Below, piece by piece: positions 1 to 8,066 of a DNA stretch of 35,921 bases. The notes beneath the pieces were generated by a model. It ran no database searches and had not been told where the DNA came from. It was given only the letters and a program-made list of their open reading frames with translations. This DNA comes from an uncultured bacterium (lineage in GTDB: Bacteria > SAR324 > NAC60-12). Each line of letters starts with the position of its first letter. Position 1 is the stretch's first letter. Location: positions 1 to 35,921 of the forward strand of contig CAXGMD010000031.1 in NCBI GenBank assembly GCA_964010765.1. The letters are read 5' to 3'. The translations under genes and the position numbers were made by a program.

Positions 1-1
1 C

Positions 2-63
2 GAGGGGCATCACGATGACGAGGGGCATCACGATGACGAGGGGCATCACGATGACGAGGGGCA
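2..63 (+). repeat. 18-bp coding tandem repeat (GAGGGGCATCACGATGAC x3 plus partial) encoding EGHHDD
   Basis: Exact repeats are visible at 2-19, 20-37 and 38-55, followed by a partial copy. The array probably extends upstream of the window. Confidence 0.95.
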
Positions 64-607
64 CGGTCATAACCATGGCACTTTTGATCCGCACGCATGG
101 CACAGTCTTCGTGCTGCAGTTACATATGTTAACAACATCACTACTTCACTAGCCCAAAACGATCCTTCGAACGCTTCTGTATTTTATCTCAACCGTGAAG
201 CTTATGTTGCTGAGATTGAAGCCCTCGATGAAGAGATTCAACGGATGGTTGATACTCTCCCAAGCGATCACAGAATTGTAATAACGAGTCATGACGCTTT
301 ACAGTATTTTGGCCAGGCATATGGGCTCAAATTTCTTGCACCTCAGGGACTTAGTACAGAATCAGAAGCCTCTGCAAAGCAGGTTGCAGGTCTGATTAAG
401 CAGATACGAAAAGGGGGGATCAAAGCTGTTTTCGTGGAGAACATTGCTGATTCGCGTCTAATCGAGCAGATTGCCAACGAAACAGGAGCCAACATCGGAG
501 GTAAACTTTATTCAGACGCACTTTCTGGAACGGATGGGCCTGCGTCTACTTACCTAAAAATGTTACGCCACAACAGTACAACTATTGTAAGTGCATTAGG
601 TGATTGA
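2..607 (+). CDS. znuA: Zn/Mn ABC transporter substrate-binding protein (ZnuA/TroA family), 5'-truncated by the window edge
   Basis: Frame 2 is open from position 2 and reads EGHHDDEGHHDDEGHHDDEGHGHNHGTFDPHAWHSL..., continuing into ORF 245..607. It carries the cluster A-I motifs DPHAW, SHDALQYFG, VFVEN and LYSDAL plus a His/acidic loop. Confidence 0.9.
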   Translation, partial: EGHHDDEGHHDDEGHHDDEGHGHNHGTFDPHAWHSLRAAVTYVNNITTSLAQNDPSNASVFYLNREAYVAEIEALDEEIQRMVDTLPSDHRIVITSHDALQYFGQAYGLKFLAPQGLSTESEASAKQVAGLIKQIRKGGIKAVFVENIADSRLIEQIANETGANIGGKLYSDALSGTDGPASTYLKMLRHNSTTIVSALGD

Positions 608-853
608 GTTAAGTCTTATTGTAACGCTGTAATTACTTTACTTCGATAGATCTGAAATATTTGGGCTTACATAAAAAAGTTTTTAAATGCGATCAGAATT
701 GTTGTAATCACAGCACTCAAACACTTTTAGAATTTGTAGAAGAGCAACCTCTGAGTGGTGAGCGTCCATTTAATACGATCTGTTGGAAAACCAAATATAT
801 TACTGTAACAGCATCATTGCCACAAGCTGGTGCCCCTCAAAGTGAGGCTGACA

Positions 854-1165
854 ATGGAGCTACTTCTTCAATCTAGAACCAAACCCAACCTTGACCAGAT
901 ACGAAAGATTAAAGCTACACTACGCCAAGCTCTGAAGCTCTCCGGGGAAGATACAATCACCGTTACTGAATTAGCCTGCTTAGAGGAAGATTGTGCACCC
1001 TTAGAAACCGTGATTGGCCTTCTTCGGGATGACCATCCACAAATTCAGCACAAGATCCACAAACCAACAAACTCCATTGATACCCACGATCTCAAAGAAG
1101 TTTGCAAAGCTTGGGGATTTGATTCTGCTGATATGGCTTTTATAACTTTTGACAAGGAGACTTGA
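854..1165 (+). CDS. Small conserved hypothetical protein with ELACLEEDCAPLET (Cx4C) motif, COG0523-associated
   Basis: ORF 830..1165; the ATG at 854 follows GAGG. Its stop directly abuts the COG0523 ATG at 1166. Confidence 0.75.
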   Translation: MELLLQSRTKPNLDQIRKIKATLRQALKLSGEDTITVTELACLEEDCAPLETVIGLLRDDHPQIQHKIHKPTNSIDTHDLKEVCKAWGFDSADMAFITFDKET

Positions 1166-2512
1166 ATGAATAGTCCAAGCAAAGTCCCAGTAACTATTCT
1201 GACCGGATTCCTCGGTTCAGGTAAGACTACACTGCTCAACCGAATCCTTAGCGAAGAGCATGGAAAGCGCATAGCGGTGATCGAAAACGAATATGGGGAG
1301 GTTGGTATCGACCAAGCCCTGGTCATCAACGCCGATGAAGAAATATTCGAAATGTCAAACGGGTGCATCTGCTGCACAGTCCGTGGCGACCTTATTCGCG
1401 TGCTTGGGAATCTCATGAAGCGTAGAGATAAGTTTGATTACATACTTCTCGAGACCACTGGCCTCGCTGATCCAGGACCAGTTGCACAAACCTTCTTTAT
1501 GGATGATGAGATCGCTTCTGAATTTTCACTTGACGGTATAGTCACTCTGGTCGATGCGCACCACATTAACCAACAACTGGGCCGAAGCCAGGAGAGTACT
1601 GAACAGATTGCCTTCGCTGATGTAATCTTGCTCAACAAGACCGATCTAGTAAAAGCCGAAGAACTTGATGAACTTGAAACGAGGCTGCGAGAAATGAATC
1701 GGCTCGCTCGAGTGCATCGCTGTGAGCGGGCGAACGTAGCGATTTCAACAGTATTGAATCTTGAGGCTTTCAACTTAGACCAAGTACTTGCGGACCACCC
1801 TACGTTTTTAGAGCCTGAGTACCCATTTGAATGGACGGGAGTTTATGCTCTATCGCCTGGCAGCTATGAATTAAGCTTGGATGATGGTCCAGACCCAACC
1901 ATGTCTTTAGTAATGTTAGAAAGACTGGATCCTAACGAAGAAGCATTGCAACAAGGTGCTGAATGGTGTGTGAGGCGCTACGCAGAACCAGCCTCTAAGA
2001 TATCTCCTGGTAATATCGTTCCAATTGACCAGCATGTTGAGCTACAGCTACAGATTTCAGGTCAAAAAAGTTTTGCAATCGAAATTGACAAGCAAACATC
2101 GCTGGCACTTTTCGCTCAGCATACCGCTGAAGAATTTAATCTTCGCTTGGGCGCTTCAAATAGTGCTGAAGTACTACCAGTTTTAGAAAGAACTTGGGTT
2201 GCACAGCATGAACATGACGATGAAGTAGGCTCAGTAGCAATAGATGTTGACGGTGATGTTAACCCCAACAAGTTAAATGCTTGGCTTGGAAAACTTCTTC
2301 GGGAAAAAGGCATAGATATTTTTCGAATGAAGGGATTCTTAAGCATTGCAGGTGAATCTCAACGCTTTGTGTTTCAGGGTGTTCACATGCTTTTCGACGG
2401 ACAACCTGATCGTCCTTGGGGAAATGAACCACGGCACAACCAGCTCGTCTTTATCGGACGAAATTTGGATGGAAATACCATGAAGAGAGAGTTTGAGGCA
2501 TGCCTAAACTAG
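1166..2512 (+). CDS. COG0523/CobW-family G3E GTPase metallochaperone with internal insertion and CobW_C domain
   Basis: Walker A GFLGSGKTT, ENEYGEVGID, GCICC metal motif, ETTGLADP and NKTD. The C-terminus reads FRMKG...FQGVH...LVFIGR. RBS AAGGAG lies upstream. Confidence 0.95.
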   Translation: MNSPSKVPVTILTGFLGSGKTTLLNRILSEEHGKRIAVIENEYGEVGIDQALVINADEEIFEMSNGCICCTVRGDLIRVLGNLMKRRDKFDYILLETTGLADPGPVAQTFFMDDEIASEFSLDGIVTLVDAHHINQQLGRSQESTEQIAFADVILLNKTDLVKAEELDELETRLREMNRLARVHRCERANVAISTVLNLEAFNLDQVLADHPTFLEPEYPFEWTGVYALSPGSYELSLDDGPDPTMSLVMLERLDPNEEALQQGAEWCVRRYAEPASKISPGNIVPIDQHVELQLQISGQKSFAIEIDKQTSLALFAQHTAEEFNLRLGASNSAEVLPVLERTWVAQHEHDDEVGSVAIDVDGDVNPNKLNAWLGKLLREKGIDIFRMKGFLSIAGESQRFVFQGVHMLFDGQPDRPWGNEPRHNQLVFIGRNLDGNTMKREFEACLN

Positions 2513-3546
2513 TTAAAAATAAGGCGCGTGGTGTGCTCCAAAATGGCTTCTTTGCTACTGTAGATGACTATCCTATTGCGGGAGGGTGGGGGCTGAATGG
2601 AAAACTCTTTGCCGTTGGTGATGCAAGTGGTTCTGTTCAGGCCTTTGATGGAACATCCGGGCGGAAAATTTGGAAAAATTCCGAAGCTCACGTCGGAGGG
2701 ATCATGAGTATGTCAGTCTCCTCCAATGGGAAGCAGCTCGCTAGCGTCGGGCAGGATGGGCAACTCGCACTCTGGGACTTTGCAGAGGGGCAACTGCAAC
2801 ATCGAACTGAAATTGGAAGCGGGTGGGTCGAGCATGTGGCCTGGTCTAAAAGTGGCAACCACCTTGCGGTATCCTCAGGAAGAGTAGTCACTATTCTGTC
2901 ATCATCTGGTGACAAAATTTGGTCTTCAAAAAACCATCCTAGCACTGTTAGTGCTCTTGAATGGGTGACAGACCAGGAACTTAGTACTGCCTGCTACGGC
3001 CGTGTAACTTTTTTTAATACATCGTCAGGTAAGGAGAATGAACGTCTTGAATGGCAGGGGTCTTTAGTTTCACTCGCTCTGAGTCCTGACGGAAATGTTG
3101 TGGCCTGTGGCAGTCAGGATAAATCTGTTCACTTCTGGCGGAGGTCGAACGGACAGGATTCTATGATGTCGGGCTATCCTTGGAAGCCGTCAGAGTTAGC
3201 CTTCAGTCATGATAGTATCCTGCTTGCTACTGGAGGAGGTGAAGATATCACAGTTTGGAGCTTCGAAGGGAATGGGCCTGAAGGAACAACACCAGGGGTG
3301 TTAGAATTTCACAAGGCACCCATCAGTTCACTTGCTTTCTCACATCATCAAAGACACCTGGCATCTGGATGCCGCGAAGGTGGGGTTGTAGTTTGGTCAT
3401 TAGGAAGACGTGGTGGTGGACATGCACTGGGGGGAGCGCCAGTTAATGGCTCTGTAGAAAACGTCTATTGGCGACCAGATTGCCGCAGTTTAGCCGCAAT
3501 TGACTCCGAGGGAGGGATCACAGTTTGGCGAGTTAAGAAAAACTGA
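2500..3546 (+). CDS. WD40-repeat beta-propeller protein
   Basis: Repeated blades such as LASVGQDGQLALWD, ACGSQDKSVHFW, LATGGGEDITVW and LASGCREGGVVVW. The gene overlaps the GTPase stop. Confidence 0.9.
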   Translation: MPKLVKNKARGVLQNGFFATVDDYPIAGGWGLNGKLFAVGDASGSVQAFDGTSGRKIWKNSEAHVGGIMSMSVSSNGKQLASVGQDGQLALWDFAEGQLQHRTEIGSGWVEHVAWSKSGNHLAVSSGRVVTILSSSGDKIWSSKNHPSTVSALEWVTDQELSTACYGRVTFFNTSSGKENERLEWQGSLVSLALSPDGNVVACGSQDKSVHFWRRSNGQDSMMSGYPWKPSELAFSHDSILLATGGGEDITVWSFEGNGPEGTTPGVLEFHKAPISSLAFSHHQRHLASGCREGGVVVWSLGRRGGGHALGGAPVNGSVENVYWRPDCRSLAAIDSEGGITVWRVKKN

Positions 3547-3699
3547 GGATTCGTTTGTCAAAGTGGTAACACAGTTAATCTAATTCCCTCGAAATTTAAT
3601 TGATAACTAAGCCATGATGATTCGATATCAATTATTTAAATACTATTTTGCCAAATTTATTTTTCAGGATTCCAGGTTGAGTATTATTTGAGAATGCAT

Positions 3700-4635
3700 T
3701 TAATGCGATTTGGCTGGCGACACTTTCGACTTTTCTAATTTCTTGAAGCCAAATTCATCAAAAATATTAACTTCACCAATCTCTAAAAGCTTAAGTGTAG
3801 TGATAATGCTTTTACCACCCAATGATGTCGCAAATTCAAGGGCGCTTCTCAATAACTGATACTCAAATTCCCTTTCTCGTTGATCATAATGAAGAAAAAA
3901 ATATTTGATTTCTGCATTTTCTTCAGTTGACCAAACTAAAAAGATCGATCCTCGGATTTGCCCCTCTTGCTCCAATACCCAAATTTTTTCTCGAGGTCCT
4001 TTTCCAAGAGCAAAGTTCGTCAAAATTTTAGCAAATTCATATTCAAATGGTTCTGCTGATCCAAATTTTTGATGAATAATCAGTCCATAGAGTTGGATTA
4101 ATCCCCCTAAATCACCAGGTTTAAGTTTGTCTCTGATGACAAAGCCCCCAGTTCCTGAACCACCATGTGGCTTTGATTCGGCAGAGTCAAACACCAGTCT
4201 TTTCCCAAAACTCAGAGCCGCATCTTCTCCGTATCCAATCTTTCTATAAAAGTGCTGGGCAACAAAATTTGAATAACGAAGCTGCAAATTCACTTTTGGA
4301 CAGCCAAGTTTTTGAAGGCCATTCTCCGCCGCCTCAACTAATTTTTTACCGATTCCTTGACGTTGAAAGTTTGGTAAAACTCCTAGGTAATTCATCCAAC
4401 CGCGATGACCATCGTACCCGGCCATGATGCTGCCAACTAGCCTGTCCTTTTCGAAAGCAACCAAAAGGAGATCCGGTTGAAAACTTAATTTTCGCTGGAT
4501 GTCCTTTTCAGGGTTATTCCATGACCGTGTAAGTCCGCATTCAAGCCACAAATCAATAAGTTGCTGGTATTCGTTGGATTTAATCGGCCTAATTTCAATA
4601 TCAAGTTTAGCTGCTGAATCCAAGTTGAACCTCAA
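3700..4635 (-). CDS. GNAT acetyltransferase (YpeA-like N-domain) fused to a second, degenerate GNAT-like domain
   Basis: N-domain has WNNPEKDIQRK, MAGYDGHRGW, QRQGIGKKL and LGCPKVNL. A GGSGTGG linker precedes the second domain (PGDLG...IWVLEQEGQIRGSIFL). Confidence 0.85.
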   Translation of the reverse strand: MRFNLDSAAKLDIEIRPIKSNEYQQLIDLWLECGLTRSWNNPEKDIQRKLSFQPDLLLVAFEKDRLVGSIMAGYDGHRGWMNYLGVLPNFQRQGIGKKLVEAAENGLQKLGCPKVNLQLRYSNFVAQHFYRKIGYGEDAALSFGKRLVFDSAESKPHGGSGTGGFVIRDKLKPGDLGGLIQLYGLIIHQKFGSAEPFEYEFAKILTNFALGKGPREKIWVLEQEGQIRGSIFLVWSTEENAEIKYFFLHYDQREREFEYQLLRSALEFATSLGGKSIITTLKLLEIGEVNIFDEFGFKKLEKSKVSPAKSH

Positions 4636-4667
4636 CCAAGTTGACTAAACATCTATAGTTTTGAGAC

Positions 4668-5210
4668 TTAGTTGCCAACATCTCGCTCATAAACCTCTAC
4701 TTCTATTCCGGTCAGAAAAAATCCTCCTTCAGGTGCATAGTTCAGGTTGTCGGTATTGGGTAACTCGCTGACATCGATCTGTAGTTGACCAGTGACCCAA
4801 ACAGCATCAAATAATTTTTCTACGTCAACAGGTTCATGCATTTTCACATAAATTACTTGGTTAGGTGGTGGTGGTGGTACATGGATACACATTCCATAGA
4901 CAGGTACTAATAAAAATTCTTCCAATGTCTCGAAGTCACCTCCAAAGTCACCTAGCAATGGCACAACATATCCTGGCACTCTAATTAATTTCCCCTCTAT
5001 GGATTGCAGTCTCGGAGGAATTATTTTTCGGTGATAGTCATATTGAACTAAATCACGCCAAGAAACCTCAATTATAGGAGCATTAGGTTTGACTAGATAA
5101 TCAAACAATAATTTTTTTATATCAAATCCGTAGCAAACTGATCCTGTAAATACTGAGATTACCAATAATAAAATCAATCTTCGAAGAAAGAGGGGGCAAC
5201 TTATTGACAT
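4668..5210 (-). CDS. DUF3299 family exported protein (ZrgD/PA4066-like)
   Basis: N-terminal hydrophobic signal, then WRDL, PGYVVPL and EFLLVP..GMCIHVPPPPPNQVIYV. Confidence 0.88.
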   Translation of the reverse strand: MSISCPLFLRRLILLLVISVFTGSVCYGFDIKKLLFDYLVKPNAPIIEVSWRDLVQYDYHRKIIPPRLQSIEGKLIRVPGYVVPLLGDFGGDFETLEEFLLVPVYGMCIHVPPPPPNQVIYVKMHEPVDVEKLFDAVWVTGQLQIDVSELPNTDNLNYAPEGGFFLTGIEVEVYERDVGN

Positions 5211-5226
5211 TTCATCAATTCTCTAA

Positions 5227-6480
5227 TCACGCTTTAGAGAGCAAGCCATCATGAAGGGAAATCATGTAAGCCCGCCAAGCAGGGAAAAAGCTCATTAACA
5301 TACCACAAGTCATGATCAATAAAACAAATACGAATTCTTTCCTCCCTGGCCATTCAAGAAGAATCTGTAAGCCAAATTGATCTTGTACAATAGGGCTTAC
5401 AGCAATCAATCCAATGTACTGAAAGACAAATCCTAGACAAACTCCTACAAAGCAGAGTATTGTCGCCTCGATCCACAATAGATAGAAAACAGTTAAGGGG
5501 CCTGCACCAACTGAACGCAAGATAGCCATTTCCCTTCTACGCTCGTTCATCGTTGCCAGCAGAAGACTGATTAAGCTCGTCAAACTGGACAAAATCACAA
5601 ATGCACTAACTGACATCAAAGTTTTCTCAAAAATTCCCATAATTTGCCAAAGCTTTTGCATCGTCACACCAGGCAAAATTGCTGAAAGAGGTTCCTTCTC
5701 ATAGGCGTTGATTTCTCTTTGTACTCGAAAAGTATGCATTTTGGAGGTAAGCCTGACTAAAAATGCTGTGATACTCTTTGGTTGCAGATCAGATAAATTT
5801 ATTGTCTCTGGGTTGGCAGTTTCTGTTGATGGAAATCCGTCTTCCCAGCCAATGTGAATTGCTTCAATCGCCTCCAGGCTTACATGGATGGTTTGGTCAA
5901 CTGGCGTTCCAGTTGGTTTCAATATACCAACTACTTGGAATGGTTGGTCATCATGTTCAAAAAGCGCAGCACTGCCGGCTCCATGTGCAATGACAATTTG
6001 TTGATTCAGCCGATACCCAAGTTTCTCGGCAACCACAGACCCAATGACCGCGTCATAAAGCCCACCAAAAAACTTTCCAGCCTGGAGTTTTATTTTACGA
6101 TTATTACTGTATTTGTAGTGTTTCCAATAGTCTGAAGTGGTGCCCAAAACTCTAAACCCTTTATGGGAATCTCCGAGTGATAAAGGTATAGCCCACTCAA
6201 CTCTCTCATCTCTAGTCCACTCAAGATAACTTCGCCATCGCAAATTATTCGTTGCCTCACCAAGTCGGAAAACCGAATACAATAATATCGGAATAGCATC
6301 GCCACGAGCCCCCACTACCAGATCAATTCCAGATACCGTCTGTAAAAAGCTATTGCGCATGCTCTTTCTAAGTTGTTCGATACCGAGCAACAGCGCTACA
6401 CTGATGGCGATGGCAAAAATTGTTAAAAAGGCTGTGCCCCTTCTACTTAAGATGCTCAACCAAGCTAATTTGAACAGCAT
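5227..6480 (-). CDS. ABC transporter permease, MacB/FtsX-like (ZrgC/PA4065-like)
   Basis: N-terminal TM, large periplasmic domain (DLVVGARG, PLSLGDSHKGFRVLGT, HG...HDDQPF), ERRREMAILRSVGA and C-terminal TMs. Confidence 0.92.
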   Translation of the reverse strand: MLFKLAWLSILSRRGTAFLTIFAIAISVALLLGIEQLRKSMRNSFLQTVSGIDLVVGARGDAIPILLYSVFRLGEATNNLRWRSYLEWTRDERVEWAIPLSLGDSHKGFRVLGTTSDYWKHYKYSNNRKIKLQAGKFFGGLYDAVIGSVVAEKLGYRLNQQIVIAHGAGSAALFEHDDQPFQVVGILKPTGTPVDQTIHVSLEAIEAIHIGWEDGFPSTETANPETINLSDLQPKSITAFLVRLTSKMHTFRVQREINAYEKEPLSAILPGVTMQKLWQIMGIFEKTLMSVSAFVILSSLTSLISLLLATMNERRREMAILRSVGAGPLTVFYLLWIEATILCFVGVCLGFVFQYIGLIAVSPIVQDQFGLQILLEWPGRKEFVFVLLIMTCGMLMSFFPAWRAYMISLHDGLLSKA

Positions 6481-6507
6481 GTCCAGTTCCTAACTGAAAA
6501 GGTCAAT

Positions 6508-7212
6508 TCAAGACTCGTTCGCTTGATTCAAAACACCGAGATCAATGACCTGATCAAATTGAGCCGATAAGGACGTATCGTGGCTTACCATGATCAAGGT
6601 GGTCTGGTTTTTTAAGCACTCACGAAATATTAGTCTCAAAAAAGCCAGTCGATTTTCAGGATCAAGTGCTGAAGTTGGTTCATCTGCCAAAATCAGTTTT
6701 GGATTTCCAATAAGTGCTCTCGCGGCTGCAACTCTCTGTTGTTGTCCTACACTTAGTTTCTGAGTTGCCAGATGAGAAAACTTGTCAGGTTCCAAACCAA
6801 GGAGATTGAGTAATCGGCAAGCCTCGTCTTTCAAACTAGACTCAGTATTCCCTGCATTTTGATAGCGTAATTTGCTGAATCGACAGGGGAGAAGAACATT
6901 TTCGATAAGATTGAGGTAAGGGATCAAATTGAACTGCTGGAAAAGAAAACCGATGTGGTCCACTCGAAAGGCATCGCTTTTTTTGCTGCTTAACTTCGTC
7001 AGGTCTTCACTGAGGACAACCGTTTGCCCTGAGGTGGGTAATACAATTCCTGCTAACAGAGATAAGAGGGTTGTTTTTCCGCAGCCGCTCGGTCCTTGAA
7101 TCAGAGTTCTACTGTTTTCGGGAATATTTAAATACGCAATTTTGAGAGTTGAGATCGTTGATGCGGGCCAAGTGAAATTAAGATCTCTGACAAATACAGC
7201 GTTCTTCTTCAC
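6508..7212 (-). CDS. ABC transporter ATP-binding protein (LolD/MacB-like; ZrgB/PA4064-like)
   Basis: Walker A GPSGCGKTT, FQQFNL, signature LSVGQQQR, Walker B LILADEPT and H-loop VSHD. GTG start. Confidence 0.93.
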   Translation of the reverse strand: MKKNAVFVRDLNFTWPASTISTLKIAYLNIPENSRTLIQGPSGCGKTTLLSLLAGIVLPTSGQTVVLSEDLTKLSSKKSDAFRVDHIGFLFQQFNLIPYLNLIENVLLPCRFSKLRYQNAGNTESSLKDEACRLLNLLGLEPDKFSHLATQKLSVGQQQRVAAARALIGNPKLILADEPTSALDPENRLAFLRLIFRECLKNQTTLIMVSHDTSLSAQFDQVIDLGVLNQANES

Positions 7213-7249
7213 AATTCGCTGGGAGGAGGTAGATCGGCAGGAGTAAGAG

Positions 7250-7318
7250 ACAGTGTATCGTCAAACTTTTGAAGATACACTGTGAAAGGGGGATCGCGAT
7301 GCGGCTTCCAAGCCGCGA
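7250..7318 (-). other. Two hairpins downstream of the RRM gene (3' UTR structure; possible terminator or processing site)
   Basis: Inverted repeats ACAGTGTATC (7250-7259)/GATACACTGT (7274-7283) and GCGGCTT (7301-7307)/AAGCCGC (7310-7316). There is no clean U-tract. Confidence 0.55.
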
Positions 7319-7321
7319 GTT

Positions 7322-7597
7322 TCAGCGCGGTGGCGCTGGACGTCTTGGGCGCTCTTCACGAGGTCGAGCCTCGTTTACCCTGACAGCGCGTCCATTGATG
7401 GGTTGCTCGTTAAGTCCCCGAATGGCAGCTTCGGCCTCAGAATCTATCTGCATTTCCACGAAACCAAATCCTTTGGAACGGCCGGTCATGCGATCCATGA
7501 TAATTGAGACTTTGTCTACTTCACCAAATTGACCAAAAGCATCTCGCAATTGTTCTTCGGTGACACTATAAGCCAGATTTCCCACGTATATATTCAC
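7322..7597 (-). CDS. Single-RRM RNA-binding protein (COG0724, Rbp family), 91 aa
   Basis: RNP2 IYVGNL, RNP1 KGFGFVEM and tail VNEARPREER. Family alignment favours the GTG at 7597 after GAGAG over the track start at 7675. Confidence 0.95.
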   Translation of the reverse strand: MNIYVGNLAYSVTEEQLRDAFGQFGEVDKVSIIMDRMTGRSKGFGFVEMQIDSEAEAAIRGLNEQPINGRAVRVNEARPREERPRRPAPPR

Positions 7598-8030
7598 GTT
7601 TATTTCTCTCGAAAGACGACCTGTTGCGTCCATTTGTTGAGTGACTCCAGGCCTGAATCCCACAACATGAAGCATCCCACATGGGATGCCAAGCCCACCT
7701 GCACCTTACCGACTACCATCAAACTCTAAAGCTTGCTGCAATCGAAACCCGGTCCGTGTTGCCTTTCCCGCACAGCAAGTTCTCCCTTGGAAAACCAGCG
7801 AGAGGGTTTAGGGAACGCTACTTGGCTTAGCCCAGTAACTCCAGAAGCACCAACCCAAAACAAATTACCCTTGCCCTCAAACAGTAGATCTTATTCCACA
7901 GGTACTGATGCGTTTTAGGGGACGATTCAGCGAGGTGGACTTATCAAACGGTGTGAGGACCCTTGAAATCTGCGTCAGAAAATTGCTCGTTGAGCGGAAT
8001 TCTCTTGAAATGGCTGGACATCCAGCAGGT
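7598..8030 (-). ncRNA. Putative long structured 5' leader (~430 nt) of the RRM gene, family unidentified
   Basis: No credible ORF. Multiple stems: 8013-8026, 7985-7995, 7732-7738/7773-7779, 7672-7689 and 7635-7667. A candidate promoter lies just upstream. Confidence 0.5.
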
Positions 8031-8036
8031 AAAGAA

Positions 8037-8066
8037 ATTTTATACACTTAGGACTAAAAAAAACAA
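8037..8066 (-). promoter_or_regulatory. Candidate sigma70 promoter for the RRM leader
   Basis: Minus strand reads TTGTTT (8066-8061), then 16 nt to TATAAA (8044-8039) or 18 nt to TAAAAT. Confidence 0.4.

Noticed and set aside
2..63. Repeats as a CRISPR array
   Set aside because: The units are contiguous 18-mers without spacers and are in frame with the ZnuA His loop.
608..853. Cobalamin riboswitch before the CobW-like gene
   Set aside because: Hallmark B12-element motifs (AGGGAA, CCCCGCAACTGT, GCCACTG, AGxCAGxAGACC) were not found.
661..876. 71-aa ORF with Cys residues
   Set aside because: TTG start without an RBS, overlap with the better-supported downstream gene, and no recognisable motif.
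7598..7675. N-terminal extension of the RRM protein given in the ORF track
   Set aside because: Family members start at MNIYVGNL, and the GTG at 7597 has an upstream GAGAG.
7529..7918. Short plus-strand ORFs (7529..7729 and 7733..7918)
   Set aside because: Non-ATG starts, no RBS and atypical composition. The region is better explained as structured RNA.
7598..8030. tmRNA, RNase P RNA or tRNA identity for the RRM leader
   Set aside because: GGACCGGGTTTCGATT resembles a T-arm but lacks the pairing strand and CCA end. There are no GAGGAAAGTCC or AGAACCCGGCTTA signatures.
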